Shown here one piece after another: positions 19,285-28,654 of a DNA stretch of 64,000 bases. The position numbers and the translations under genes are program-made. Where the stretch lies: positions 6,388 to 70,387 of the forward strand of contig RPOR01000004.1 of the NCBI GenBank assembly GCA_003820645.1, in the 5' to 3' direction. Below the pieces are notes generated by a model. The model had not been told where the DNA came from. It worked only from the letters and a program-made list of their open reading frames with translations, and made no database searches. Each line of letters opens with the position of its first letter. The stretch's first letter is position 1. This DNA comes from Betaproteobacteria bacterium (GTDB lineage Bacteria; Pseudomonadota; Gammaproteobacteria; Burkholderiales; SG8-41).

Positions 19285-21413
19285 GCAAAAGCAAGCTGCT
19301 GGTATCTGCGCTGATCATCGCCGGCATCGTCGCGTTTTTCGTGTTCGACCTGAAGCAGTATTTCACGCCGGACTATTTCCAGGCCCAGCGGGCGACGATA
19401 GACGCCGCGGTAAAGTCCCATCCGGTGCGCACTGCACTGCTGTTTTTTGTCACCTATGTCACGGTAACCGGACTGTCGCTGCCGGGGGCGGCGATCATGA
19501 CGCTGGCGGGTGGCGCGGTATTCGGCCTGTTGTGGGGCACGGTGATCGTGTCGTTCGCCTCGACCCTCGGCGCCACGCTGGCATTCCTCGCCTCGCGCTT
19601 CCTGCTGCGCGACTGGGTGCAGCAGCGCTTCGGCAACAAGCTGCAGCCGATCAACGACGGCATCGCCCGCGACGGCGGCTTCTATCTGTTCGCGCTGCGG
19701 CTGGTACCGGCGTTCCCGTTTTTCGTGATCAACCTGGTGATGGGCCTCACCGCTATCCGCACCTGGACTTTTTACTGGGTCAGCCAGATCGGCATGTTCG
19801 CCGGCACTGTCGTTTACGTCTACGCCGGCACGCAGCTTGGCGAGTTCCGGATTTCGGCGGGACTGCTGTTCGCCTTTGCGCTGCTGGGCGTGTTTCCGCT
19901 GGCAGCCAAGAAGCTGCTGGACGCACTGAAGGCGCGCAAGGTCTATGCCGGCTGGACACGCCCCGTGCGATTCGACCGCAACCTGGTCGTCATCGGCGCC
20001 GGATCTGCAGGACTCGTTTCATCCTACATCGCCGCGGCGGTCAAGGCCAAAGTCACGCTGGTCGAAAAACACAAAATGGGCGGCGACTGCCTGAACACCG
20101 GCTGCGTACCCTCGAAGGCGTTGATCAAGTCGGCGAAGCTGGTTGCAACGATGAAACACGCGGCCGATTACGGCCTGAAAAATGCGCAGGTGGAGTTTGA
20201 TTTCGCGGAAGTGATGGAGCGCGTGCAGCGCGTGGTGCGCGAGGTCGAACCGCATGATTCAGTCGAGCGCTACACCGCTCTGGGCGTTGAGTGCATCACC
20301 GGCACGGCAAAAATCACCTCGCCTTGGTCGGTGGAGATTGCCGACGATGCCGGAATGCGCACGCTGACCACCCGCGGCATCATCATCGCCGCCGGCGCAC
20401 GCCCGTTCGTGCCGCCGATCCCCGGCATTGAGGAAACGGGTTACCTGACCTCGGATACGGTGTGGAAGCTGCGCGCACTGCCGAAACGCCTGGTCGTGCT
20501 CGGCGGCGGCCCGATCGGCGCCGAACTCACCCAGTGTTTCGCCCGACTCGGCGCCACAGTCACCCAAGTCGAAATGCTGCCGCGGATCATGATCCGCGAA
20601 GACCCTGAGATTTCCGAGATGGTGGTGCAGCGGTTCCGCGAGGAAGGCATCGACGTGCTGGTCAACCACAAGGCGCAGCGCTGCGCCGTCGAAAACGGCG
20701 AGAAGGTGCTGTACTGTGAATCCGGCGCCAACACCGTGCGCATCGTGTTCGACGAACTGCTCTGCGCCGTCGGCCGCGTCGCCAACACCACGGGTTACGG
20801 CCTCGAGGAACTCGGCATTCCGGTAACCGGGTCACGCACCGTCGAAGTCAATGAGTTCATGCAGACGAAGTACCCGAACATCCTCGCCTGCGGCGACGTC
20901 GCCGGACCGTACCAGTTCACCCACACCGCGGCGCACACGGCCTGGTATGCGGCGGTCAACGGCCTGTTTGGTGGCTTCAAAAGGTTTCGTGCTGACTTCT
21001 CCGTGATCCCCTGGGCCACCTTCACCGATCCGGAAGTTGCTCGCGTCGGCCTCAACGAGACCGAAGCGAAGGAGAAAAACATTCCGTACGAAGTCACCAC
21101 CTACGGCATCGACGACCTCGACCGTGCCATCGCCGACGGCACCGCGCACGGTGTCGTCAAAGTGCTGACCGTGCCCCGCAAGGACAAGATCCTCGGCGCC
21201 ACGATCGCCGGCGAACACGCGGGCGATTTGATCACCGAATTCGTCACCGCGATGAAACACGGCATCGGGCTGAACAAGATTCTCGGCACCATCCACATCT
21301 ACCCGACGCTGGCCGAAGCCAACAAATACGTCGCCGGGAACTGGAAACGCGATCACGCGCCTAAAAGGTTACTGGAATGGGTGAAGAGGTTTCATGCGTG
21401 GCGGCGTAACTGA
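19281..21413 (+). CDS. TVP38/TMEM64 (DedA-like) membrane domain fused to FAD-dependent pyridine nucleotide-disulfide oxidoreductase
   Basis: ATG 19281 overlaps the upstream stop (ATGA). The N-terminal 230 aa are SNARE-associated/DedA-like (LRLVPAFPFFVINLVMG). The C-terminal part has 'VVIGAGSAGL' and the redox-active 'GGDCLNTGCVPSK' of the lipoamide dehydrogenase/mercuric reductase class. Confidence 0.8.
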   Translation: MSKSKLLVSALIIAGIVAFFVFDLKQYFTPDYFQAQRATIDAAVKSHPVRTALLFFVTYVTVTGLSLPGAAIMTLAGGAVFGLLWGTVIVSFASTLGATLAFLASRFLLRDWVQQRFGNKLQPINDGIARDGGFYLFALRLVPAFPFFVINLVMGLTAIRTWTFYWVSQIGMFAGTVVYVYAGTQLGEFRISAGLLFAFALLGVFPLAAKKLLDALKARKVYAGWTRPVRFDRNLVVIGAGSAGLVSSYIAAAVKAKVTLVEKHKMGGDCLNTGCVPSKALIKSAKLVATMKHAADYGLKNAQVEFDFAEVMERVQRVVREVEPHDSVERYTALGVECITGTAKITSPWSVEIADDAGMRTLTTRGIIIAAGARPFVPPIPGIEETGYLTSDTVWKLRALPKRLVVLGGGPIGAELTQCFARLGATVTQVEMLPRIMIREDPEISEMVVQRFREEGIDVLVNHKAQRCAVENGEKVLYCESGANTVRIVFDELLCAVGRVANTTGYGLEELGIPVTGSRTVEVNEFMQTKYPNILACGDVAGPYQFTHTAAHTAWYAAVNGLFGGFKRFRADFSVIPWATFTDPEVARVGLNETEAKEKNIPYEVTTYGIDDLDRAIADGTAHGVVKVLTVPRKDKILGATIAGEHAGDLITEFVTAMKHGIGLNKILGTIHIYPTLAEANKYVAGNWKRDHAPKRLLEWVKRFHAWRRN

Positions 21414-21439
21414 TCCATAACCGCAGAGCGCAGCTCAAC

Positions 21440-21700
21440 CACTGTTTTTGAAGTCCCCCCTTGTGAGCCGCCGAGCAGCACAGCCAAACCGGGGGGCAGT
21501 CGGCGAGCACTGTCTGAGCCCTCGCATGGTGTTCGCGAGGGCGAGTTGCGCAGCCGCCCGGTTTGGCGAGCACCGCAGGGAAGTCCAAAGGACCAGCGAG
21601 CCAGGGTCGACTTCTTTTGGTTACTTTTCTTGGCGAAGCAAGAAAAGTAACCAGCCGCCGGGCTGCTCCCGGCGAAGTTGCGCTTCTCATGAAACATAAC
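21440..21700. repeat. structured intergenic element with nested inverted repeats
   Basis: GCCAAACCGGG (21483-21493) pairs with CCCGGTTTGGC (21557-21567). CCCTCGC (21519-21525) pairs with GCGAGGG (21535-21541). A perfect 15-bp stem, TGGTTACTTTTCTTG-gcgaag-CAAGAAAAGTAACCA, spans 21618-21653. Confidence 0.45.
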
Positions 21701-21721
21701 TATTTGTTTTTATTAGTAATT

Positions 21722-22552
21722 ATGAAAAGACTCCTCTTGACCCTGCTGCTGTCAGCACTCTCGCTGACCGGCGCTGCCGAATCCTTCGACCACGACCACA
21801 AAGCCTGGTCCACGCTGCTGAAAAGGCACGTCGTGCTGATCGACGGCGGCAAAGCCTCGCAAGTCCGTTACGCCGGCTTCGCGCAAGACCGCAACGCACT
21901 GAAGACCTACCTCGGCGCGTTATCCGGAGTCACCCAATCCGAATTCAACGGCTGGACCAGGCCGCAACAGATGGCATTCCTGATCAACGCCTACAACGCC
22001 TACGCGGTGGAGAAAATCCTGACACGTTATCCCGACATCCAGTCGATCTGGGATTTCGGCAAGATTTTCGGCAACCCATTCAAGGACAAATTCTTCACGC
22101 TGCTCGGCCGCGAGTTCTCGCTGGACAGGATTGAACACGACACCCTGCGCAAACCCGGCGCCTACAGCGAACCGCGCGTGCATTTCGCCGTCAACTGCGC
22201 CTCGGTGGGTTGCCCGATGCTGCGCGAGGAAGCCTATGTCGCGGAGCGCCTGGAACCGCAGCTGGAGGAACAGACGCTGCGCTTTCTGTCCGACCGCAGC
22301 CGCAACCGTTACAACCCACAGGCCAACGCGCTGGAGGTATCCGCAATATTCAAATGGTTCAGCGAGGACTGGACCAGCGGTTATCGCGGTTTTGACGGCA
22401 ATGGCATCGCCATGCAGTCAAGGGAGCAGTTCTTCGCCAAATACGCGAGCCTGCTGGCCGACCAACAGGCAGAGCGGAATGCGATCACGGCACGCAAGGC
22501 CAGCCTCCGCTTCCTGGATTATGATTGGGCCCTGAACGACGCGAAACGGTAG
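21722..22552 (+). CDS. DUF547 domain protein with signal peptide
   Basis: MKRLLLTLLLSALSLTGAAE signal. 'FLINAYNAYAVEKIL' and 'HFAVNCASVGCPML' are DUF547 hallmarks. Confidence 0.75.
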   Translation: MKRLLLTLLLSALSLTGAAESFDHDHKAWSTLLKRHVVLIDGGKASQVRYAGFAQDRNALKTYLGALSGVTQSEFNGWTRPQQMAFLINAYNAYAVEKILTRYPDIQSIWDFGKIFGNPFKDKFFTLLGREFSLDRIEHDTLRKPGAYSEPRVHFAVNCASVGCPMLREEAYVAERLEPQLEEQTLRFLSDRSRNRYNPQANALEVSAIFKWFSEDWTSGYRGFDGNGIAMQSREQFFAKYASLLADQQAERNAITARKASLRFLDYDWALNDAKR

Positions 22553-22607
22553 ATGTGCACCCGCCATTATTCGTCATCCCTGATCCCCGCAATCATTCGA
22601 TCCTGTT

Positions 22608-23294
22608 GTGTCACTGTCCGTCATCATCCCCGCACTCAATGAAGCCGAACATATCGCGACGACGCTCGACAGCCTGCAGCCGCTGCGGCGGCGCGGCGCG
22701 GAGATCATCGTCGTCGACGGCGGCAGCGATGACGGCACAGTGGAACTTGCGCGCGGCGGAGCCGACCGGGTATTGACCGCCCCACGCGGCCGCGCCCGGC
22801 AGATGAACGCCGGTGCCGCCGCCGCAAGCGGTGAGATCCTCTGCTTTCTGCATGCGGACTCGCGTCTGCCGGAAGGCGCCGACGGACTGATGATCGACGG
22901 CCTCGCCCGCAGCCGCCGCAGCTGGGGCCGCTTTGATGTACACATCGCGGGCCGCCATCCGCTGCTGCGCGTGATCGCACGGATGATGAACTGGCGCTCG
23001 CGACTCACCGGCATCGCCACCGGCGACCACGGCCTGTTCGTCACGCGCTCGCTGTTTGAGGCGGCCGGTCATTTCCCGGAAATCGCCTTGATGGAAGACA
23101 TTGCGTTTTCGCGGCAGCTGAAAATCTACGGTGCGCCGCTGTGTATCGCGCACAGACTGACCACTTCCGGGCGCCGCTGGGAAAAACACGGCGTATGGCG
23201 CACGATGCTGCTGATGTGGCGGCTGCGCCTCGCCTACTGGCTGGGCGCCGACCCCGACAGGCTTGCACGCCAGTATGGCCGGCACCAGCGCTGA
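22608..23294 (+). CDS. GT2-like glycosyltransferase ('rSAM/selenodomain-associated transferase 2' type)
   Basis: GTG start. 'SVIIPALNEAEHIATTL...IIVVDGGSDDGT' is a GT-A fold DxD-type N-terminus. It sits in the conserved context with DUF2064 and the ArsS-type rSAM. Confidence 0.75.
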   Translation: MSLSVIIPALNEAEHIATTLDSLQPLRRRGAEIIVVDGGSDDGTVELARGGADRVLTAPRGRARQMNAGAAAASGEILCFLHADSRLPEGADGLMIDGLARSRRSWGRFDVHIAGRHPLLRVIARMMNWRSRLTGIATGDHGLFVTRSLFEAAGHFPEIALMEDIAFSRQLKIYGAPLCIAHRLTTSGRRWEKHGVWRTMLLMWRLRLAYWLGADPDRLARQYGRHQR

Positions 23295-23922
23295 AACAGC
23301 CCTGCTGGTATTTGCCAAGGCACCGGTCGCCGGCGCGGTAAAGACACGCCTGATACCGCTCCTCGGTGCCGGGGGTGCGGCCGCGCTGCACGGCCGGCTG
23401 ATTGTCCGGGCGCTCGCTACCGCACACGCAGCAGCACCCGACAAACTCGCGCTGTGGTGTGCGCCCGACGCCACCCATCCCTGGCTGCGGTCTGCCGCGG
23501 CACGATACCGCGCCGACCTGTGTGCCCAGCATGGCACCGATCTCGGTGCGCGCATGGCCCACGCCTTCGCCACCACGCTGCGGCAGACGAAATACACCAT
23601 CTGCATCGGCGCCGATTGCCCGGCGCTGACTCCGCAACACCTGCACGACGCCGCCGCAGCGCTGCGCACCGGCAATGATGCGGTATTCGTACCGGCCGAA
23701 GACGGCGGTTACGCGCTGATCGGCCTGGCACGCCATGTGCCGCAGCTATTTGCAGACATGGCCTGGGGTGAGTCGACCGTCATGGCGCAGACCCGTGCGC
23801 GCCTGCACGCAGCCGGGCTGTGCTGGCAGGAACTGGCCACGCTGTGGGATGTCGATCGCGCGGAGGACTATCTCCGGCTGCAACAATCGGGGTTGATGAA
23901 TGACTTGCCGTCGCCGGTTTGA
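23275..23922 (+). CDS. DUF2064 nucleotidyltransferase-like protein ('rSAM/selenodomain-associated transferase 1' type)
   Basis: 'ALLVFAKAPVAGAVKTRL' and 'VFVPAEDGGYALIGL' are DUF2064 signatures. It overlaps the upstream gene by 20 nt. Confidence 0.75.
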   Translation: MAGTSAETALLVFAKAPVAGAVKTRLIPLLGAGGAAALHGRLIVRALATAHAAAPDKLALWCAPDATHPWLRSAAARYRADLCAQHGTDLGARMAHAFATTLRQTKYTICIGADCPALTPQHLHDAAAALRTGNDAVFVPAEDGGYALIGLARHVPQLFADMAWGESTVMAQTRARLHAAGLCWQELATLWDVDRAEDYLRLQQSGLMNDLPSPV

Positions 23923-24679
23923 GTGGCTGCTGCTGGCCGCAGCGGTACTCATCGCCGGTGCCGCATTCGCCGTCGAAGATACTCTGGCAGTCGCAGCATT
24001 CTCGACCGCGCGGCCCGGCAGCTCACTGCCGGCGGGCTGGACACCGCTGGCGGCTTCGAACATCAAGACGCTGACGCGTTATACGCTGGTCGATGACGGC
24101 GGCGTCACCGTGCTGCGCGCCGAGTCGCAGGCCGGGGCATCGGGACTGTCGCGGCCATTGCGCGTGCATCCGGCGGAATTCCCGTGGCTGCGCTGGCGCT
24201 GGAAAATCGACAACCTGATCGCCGGTGCCGATCTCCGGACCAGGGAAGGCGACGACTTCCCGGCGCGGCTCTATGTGATGTTCGACTACCCGCTGGACAA
24301 GCTGCCGTTCCTCGAACGCAACAAACTGCGGCTTGCAAGGGCGCTGTTCGATCCCCATCTTCCTGCTGCGACGCTGTGTTATGTCTGGGACGGCAAGGCG
24401 AAGTTAGAGACGCTGGTGCCGAGCGCGTATACCGATCGCGTGAAGCTGATTGTCGTCGAGTCCGGCGCGACGCGCGTTAAACGCTGGGTCGATGTGGAGC
24501 GCAATGTCGCAGCCGATTTTCGTGCCGCGTTCGGCGAGGACGCGCCGGCCATCGTGGCGATCGCGGTGGCCACGGATACGGATAATACCGGCGCCTTTGC
24601 CACAACCTATTTTGGAGATATTGTGTTTTATAAACAAAGACTTGATAAATCACGGCCACAGGGCATTGCGCAGCCGTGA
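23900..24679 (+). CDS. DUF3047 domain protein with signal peptide
   Basis: Signal-like N-terminus. 'LRWRWKIDNLI...GDDFPARLYVMFD' is typical of DUF3047. It overlaps the upstream gene by 23 nt. Confidence 0.7.
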   Translation: MTCRRRFEWLLLAAAVLIAGAAFAVEDTLAVAAFSTARPGSSLPAGWTPLAASNIKTLTRYTLVDDGGVTVLRAESQAGASGLSRPLRVHPAEFPWLRWRWKIDNLIAGADLRTREGDDFPARLYVMFDYPLDKLPFLERNKLRLARALFDPHLPAATLCYVWDGKAKLETLVPSAYTDRVKLIVVESGATRVKRWVDVERNVAADFRAAFGEDAPAIVAIAVATDTDNTGAFATTYFGDIVFYKQRLDKSRPQGIAQP

Positions 24680-24833
24680 AGAAATTGTTGTTGCCTTTTG
24701 GGGGGGGCTGGGAAAGAATAGCCGCTCCTTTTTGCAGTTACCGCTGCTACGCCCTGCCGGCTTCATAACTCTTAAGAATCAACCCCTTGAATAGCCGTAG
24801 CCGGCCGCTCAAACCGTAATCATCGCCCGCTGC

Positions 24834-25937
24834 ATGTCCGATCTCTCCAGCGTCACCGCGTTCAGCAGGACGTCCCCGCAACTCCCTGTGCAGTGGTACT
24901 TCGACCCGCGCATCCATGCAGTCGAACAACGCCTGCTGTTCGACAATGGGCCGGGCTACGTCGGCCACGAGCTGATGGTGCCGAATGCCGGCGACTACCA
25001 CGCGCTGGCATGGCAGAACAACGCGCAGGCACTGGTGCGCAACGCCGATGGCGTCGAACTACTGTCGAACATCTGTCGCCATCGCCAGGCGGTGATCCTC
25101 AAGGGCCGCGGGAATGCGCAGAACATCATCTGCCCGCTGCACCGCTGGACCTATGGACTCGACGGCAAGCTGCTGGGTGCCCCCCATTTCGCCGACAACC
25201 CGTGCCTCGATCTGGCACGCACACCGCTCAGCCACTGGAACGGCCTGCTGTTCGCGGGGCCGCGTGACATCGCGCGCGATCTGGCACAGGTCGGGGTCAT
25301 GAGCGATCTGGATTTCTCCGGCTACATGCTCGACCGTGTCGAAGTCGAGGAATACGCCTGCAACTGGAAGACCTTCATTGAAGTCTATCTGGAGGACTAC
25401 CACGTCGAGCCGTTCCATCCGGGCCTGGGCCAGTTCGTCAACGTCGCCGATCTGCGCTGGGAATTCGGCGACTGGCACAGCGTGCAGACCTGCGGCATCA
25501 AGAACGGCCTTGCCCGTCCCGGCAGCCCGGTTTACCGGCGCTGGCATGAACAGCTGCTGCGCTATGATGCAGGCAAACAGCCGGTGCACGGTGCGATCTG
25601 GCTGACCTATTTTCCGAACATCATGGTCGAATGGTACCCGCATGTGCTGGTCATCAGCGCGGTCATTCCGCGCGGCCCGGAGGCCTGCAGCAACGTCGTC
25701 GAGTTTTATTACCCCGAAGACATTGCGCTGTTCGAACGCGAGTTCGTCGAGGCCGAACAGGCCGCCTATCGGGAAACTGCCATCGAGGACGCCGAGATCA
25801 TCGCCCGCATGACCGAAGGCCGCCGCGCACTGTGGCAGCAGGGACGCAGCGAAACCGGTCCTTACCAGACACCGCTGGAAGACGGTATGGTGCACTTCCA
25901 CGAATTTTTGCGGCGCGAAGTGGCGCCCCACCTGTAG
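24834..25937 (+). CDS. Rieske [2Fe-2S] aromatic-ring-hydroxylating oxygenase alpha-subunit-like protein
   Basis: 'CRHRQAVIL...ICPLHRWTY' is a Rieske CxH...CxxH motif. The C-terminal catalytic-domain-like region has 'EDYHVEPFHPG'. Confidence 0.8.
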   Translation: MSDLSSVTAFSRTSPQLPVQWYFDPRIHAVEQRLLFDNGPGYVGHELMVPNAGDYHALAWQNNAQALVRNADGVELLSNICRHRQAVILKGRGNAQNIICPLHRWTYGLDGKLLGAPHFADNPCLDLARTPLSHWNGLLFAGPRDIARDLAQVGVMSDLDFSGYMLDRVEVEEYACNWKTFIEVYLEDYHVEPFHPGLGQFVNVADLRWEFGDWHSVQTCGIKNGLARPGSPVYRRWHEQLLRYDAGKQPVHGAIWLTYFPNIMVEWYPHVLVISAVIPRGPEACSNVVEFYYPEDIALFEREFVEAEQAAYRETAIEDAEIIARMTEGRRALWQQGRSETGPYQTPLEDGMVHFHEFLRREVAPHL

Positions 25938-25977
25938 TTTAAATTATTTAATAAAAACAGATACTTGAAAATACAAT

Positions 25978-26005
25978 GGGGCAGCCTGGGGCTGCCCCAT
26001 TTTTT
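25978..26005 (+). terminator. rho-independent terminator
   Basis: GGGGCAGCC-tgg-GGCTGCCCC followed by ATTTTTT, 40 nt after the Rieske gene stop. Confidence 0.7.
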
Positions 26006-26074
26006 CCTGCGCTTGATTTTCGGTTGGCGTTTGTTACCTTTGCCCCCTCTCTCCCACTCAGCCGGACTGTCGCA

Positions 26075-26923
26075 ATGGCCCACACCACACTCGTCAGTGC
26101 CGAAGAAACCGCAGCGCACCTGAACGATCCGCAGTGGATCATCTGTGACTGCCGGCATGATCTCGCGAACCACAGCGCCGGCTACCGGGCCTACCGCAGC
26201 GGACATATTCCCGGTGCCCGTTTTCTGCATCTGGACGCCGACCTGTCCGGGCCGAAAACCGGGCTGACCGGCCGTCATCCGCTGCCGCACCCGGCGACCT
26301 TCTGTCTGCGCGTGGGCGCACTCGGGATCGCCAATGACACGCAGGTCGTCACCTACGATGACACCGGGGGTGCCTACGCCGCAAGACTGTGGTGGATGCT
26401 GCGCTGGGTCGGCCACACGCGCGTCGCTGTGCTGGATGGCGGCTGGCAGGCCTGGACCCGGGCCGGACTGCCGGTCACGGTTGAGCAGCCGGTTGCCGCA
26501 CCCACGAATTTTGACGGACGATTGCAGCCGATGGCCGTCGACAGTGCGCAGCTGCTGACAAACCTGCAGAACCCCACGGCGCTGGTGCTCGATGCCCGCA
26601 GCAGCGACCGTTTCCGCGGCGAGCATGAGCCGCTCGATCCGGTGGCCGGGCACATACCCGGCGCGGTCAACCGGTTTTTCAAACTCAATCTTGACGCCAA
26701 CGGCCGCTTCAAGGCACCGGGCGTATTGAAACAGGAATTCAGCGCCGTACTCGACGGGCATGGTCCGGAAGCCATCGTGCATCAGTGCGGCTCCGGCGTC
26801 ACTGCCTGCCACAACCTGCTGGCAATGGAAATTGCCGGGTTGCACGGGTCCCGTCTTTACCCGGGATCCTGGAGCGAATGGGTCAGCGACCGCAGGCGTC
26901 CGGTCGCCACGGGCAACGCCTGA
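26075..26923 (+). CDS. sseA: 3-mercaptopyruvate/thiosulfate sulfurtransferase (tandem rhodanese)
   Basis: 282 aa from ATG 26075. 'YRSGHIPGARFLHLD' and the active-site 'HQCGSGVTACH' are SseA-type. Confidence 0.8.
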   Translation: MAHTTLVSAEETAAHLNDPQWIICDCRHDLANHSAGYRAYRSGHIPGARFLHLDADLSGPKTGLTGRHPLPHPATFCLRVGALGIANDTQVVTYDDTGGAYAARLWWMLRWVGHTRVAVLDGGWQAWTRAGLPVTVEQPVAAPTNFDGRLQPMAVDSAQLLTNLQNPTALVLDARSSDRFRGEHEPLDPVAGHIPGAVNRFFKLNLDANGRFKAPGVLKQEFSAVLDGHGPEAIVHQCGSGVTACHNLLAMEIAGLHGSRLYPGSWSEWVSDRRRPVATGNA

Positions 26924-26945
26924 TCGCCGCGCCGGGACGGAATGC

Positions 26946-27329
26946 GTGAAGCTGCTGCTCGCGGATTTGATTCTCGTCGTTCATTTCGCGTTCGTGCTGT
27001 TCGTCGTCGGTGGCCTGCCGCTGATCTGGATCGGCGCGGCGGCCGGCTGGCGCTGGATACGCGACATCCGTTTTCGCACTGCGCACCTCGCGGCAATTCT
27101 CATCGTCAGCGCGGAAGCCGTGGCCGGCATCTGGTGCCCGCTGACGGTGTGGGAGGATGCGCTGCGCGGCGTCGATCAGGACCAGAGCTTCATCGGGCGC
27201 TGGATCCACGCAGTGCTGTTCTACGAGCTGCCGGCATGGATCTTCACCACGGCATATCTCGCGTTCGCCGCCTTGATCGCCCTGACCTGGTGGCAAGTGC
27301 CGCCGCGCCGGTTATCGGCGCGGCAATGA
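26946..27329 (+). CDS. DUF2784 membrane protein
   Basis: GTG 26946. 'LILVVHFAFVLFVVGGLPLIWIG...AVAGIWCPLTVWE' is typical of DUF2784. Confidence 0.6.
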   Translation: MKLLLADLILVVHFAFVLFVVGGLPLIWIGAAAGWRWIRDIRFRTAHLAAILIVSAEAVAGIWCPLTVWEDALRGVDQDQSFIGRWIHAVLFYELPAWIFTTAYLAFAALIALTWWQVPPRRLSARQ

Positions 27330-27373
27330 AAAAGGGGCGCTGCGCGCCCCTTCTGCCCCGCGGTTGATGACCG

Positions 27374-28645
27374 CTACACCAGCGCCTCGGCCCAGATATT
27401 GCGGGCCCAGCCCCAGGCATAGGTGGCTTCCGCGCTGCTCGCCGCCGTCGAAACTCCGCCGGCGCCCTTGACCGGTGCGATGGTCTTCTGCGCGGCATCG
27501 TAGCGATGTACCGAAGCCACATGCATTGCGCTGTCGCCGCTGACGAAGCTGTAGCAGGTATTCATCATCATCGGATCGGCATTGACCGGCCGTCCATTGA
27601 TCAGGGCCACCACCGCCGCGGCGCAGACCTTCGCATGCTGGTTGGCCATGCTGCCGGACTTGGGCATGCCCGGCCCCGACAGCGTGCTGTCACCGAGGAC
27701 ATGCACGCCCTTCACCGCGGTCGATTCACAGGTCAGCCAGTCGACACCGCACCAGCGGTTGTTCGCCGTAATCAAACCGCTTTTCACCGCAATATCGGCT
27801 GCGCGCTGCGCGGGTACGACGTTGAGCACATCGCCCCGCACGTTGTCGAACTGCAGCTTGATGGTCATGCCCTTGACGTCGACGTCGGCGATCTCGCTGT
27901 TCGGACGATACTCGATCATGCCCTTGTACATGCCGTTCCAGGCCGCAAGAAACAGTCCCTTCTTGGAAGTGATATCCGGGTTTGAGTCGAGCACGATGAT
28001 TTTCGACTTCGGCTTTGCCTTCCTGAAATAACTGGCGACCTGGCAGACGCGCTCGTAAGGTCCGGGGGGGCAGCGATACGGCGCCAGCGGGATCTGCAGC
28101 ACATAGACACCGCCGTCGCGCATGGACTCCAGCTGCTTGCGCAGCGCGACTGTCTGCGCACCGGCCTTCCATGCATGCAGGATGCGATTCTGCGCGTCAG
28201 CATTTTTCAGTGCCGGGATCTGCTCGGACATGAACTCGATGCCGGGTGACACGATCACGCGATCGTACGACAGGCTGTCTCCACCCGCGAGGCGCACCTG
28301 CCGCTTTGCGGCGTCGATTGCCACCGCTGAATCGCGGATCACATTGATGCCGCGCTGGCGCAAGCCGTCGTAACTGAATGTGATGTCGCCCATCTGCGCA
28401 TTGCCACCGAGCACCAGATTGCTGATCGGGCAGGAAATGAAATGCTGGTTGGGCTCGACCAGCGTCACGTCGATGTCGGGCGCCCACAGCTTGACGAACT
28501 TGGCCGCCGTCGCGCCGCCGTAGCCGCCGCCGACCACCACCACGCGCCCCGCACTGGCGCCACCCGTGGCGGCGCAGCCAGTCACCGCTGTAACGCCGGC
28601 ACTGACCGAGGCCCACTTCATGAACTCCCGTCTGGATAATGTCAT
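27374..28645 (-). CDS. fccB: flavocytochrome c sulfide dehydrogenase, flavoprotein subunit
   Basis: Tat signal 'SRREFMKWA'. 'VVVVGGGYGGATAAKF' is an FAD fold. Full-length resemblance to FccB/SoxF, with a cytochrome c gene upstream. Confidence 0.85.
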   Translation of the reverse strand: MTLSRREFMKWASVSAGVTAVTGCAATGGASAGRVVVVGGGYGGATAAKFVKLWAPDIDVTLVEPNQHFISCPISNLVLGGNAQMGDITFSYDGLRQRGINVIRDSAVAIDAAKRQVRLAGGDSLSYDRVIVSPGIEFMSEQIPALKNADAQNRILHAWKAGAQTVALRKQLESMRDGGVYVLQIPLAPYRCPPGPYERVCQVASYFRKAKPKSKIIVLDSNPDITSKKGLFLAAWNGMYKGMIEYRPNSEIADVDVKGMTIKLQFDNVRGDVLNVVPAQRAADIAVKSGLITANNRWCGVDWLTCESTAVKGVHVLGDSTLSGPGMPKSGSMANQHAKVCAAAVVALINGRPVNADPMMMNTCYSFVSGDSAMHVASVHRYDAAQKTIAPVKGAGGVSTAASSAEATYAWGWARNIWAEALV

Positions 28646-28654
28646 CGCGTCCTC

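Noticed and set aside
21361-21699. Three overlapping small ORFs (83, 101 and 109 aa) in the intergenic element
   Set aside because: They overlap each other on both strands, are Arg/Ser/Pro-rich, and coincide with nested inverted repeats. They are better explained as a structured non-coding repeat.
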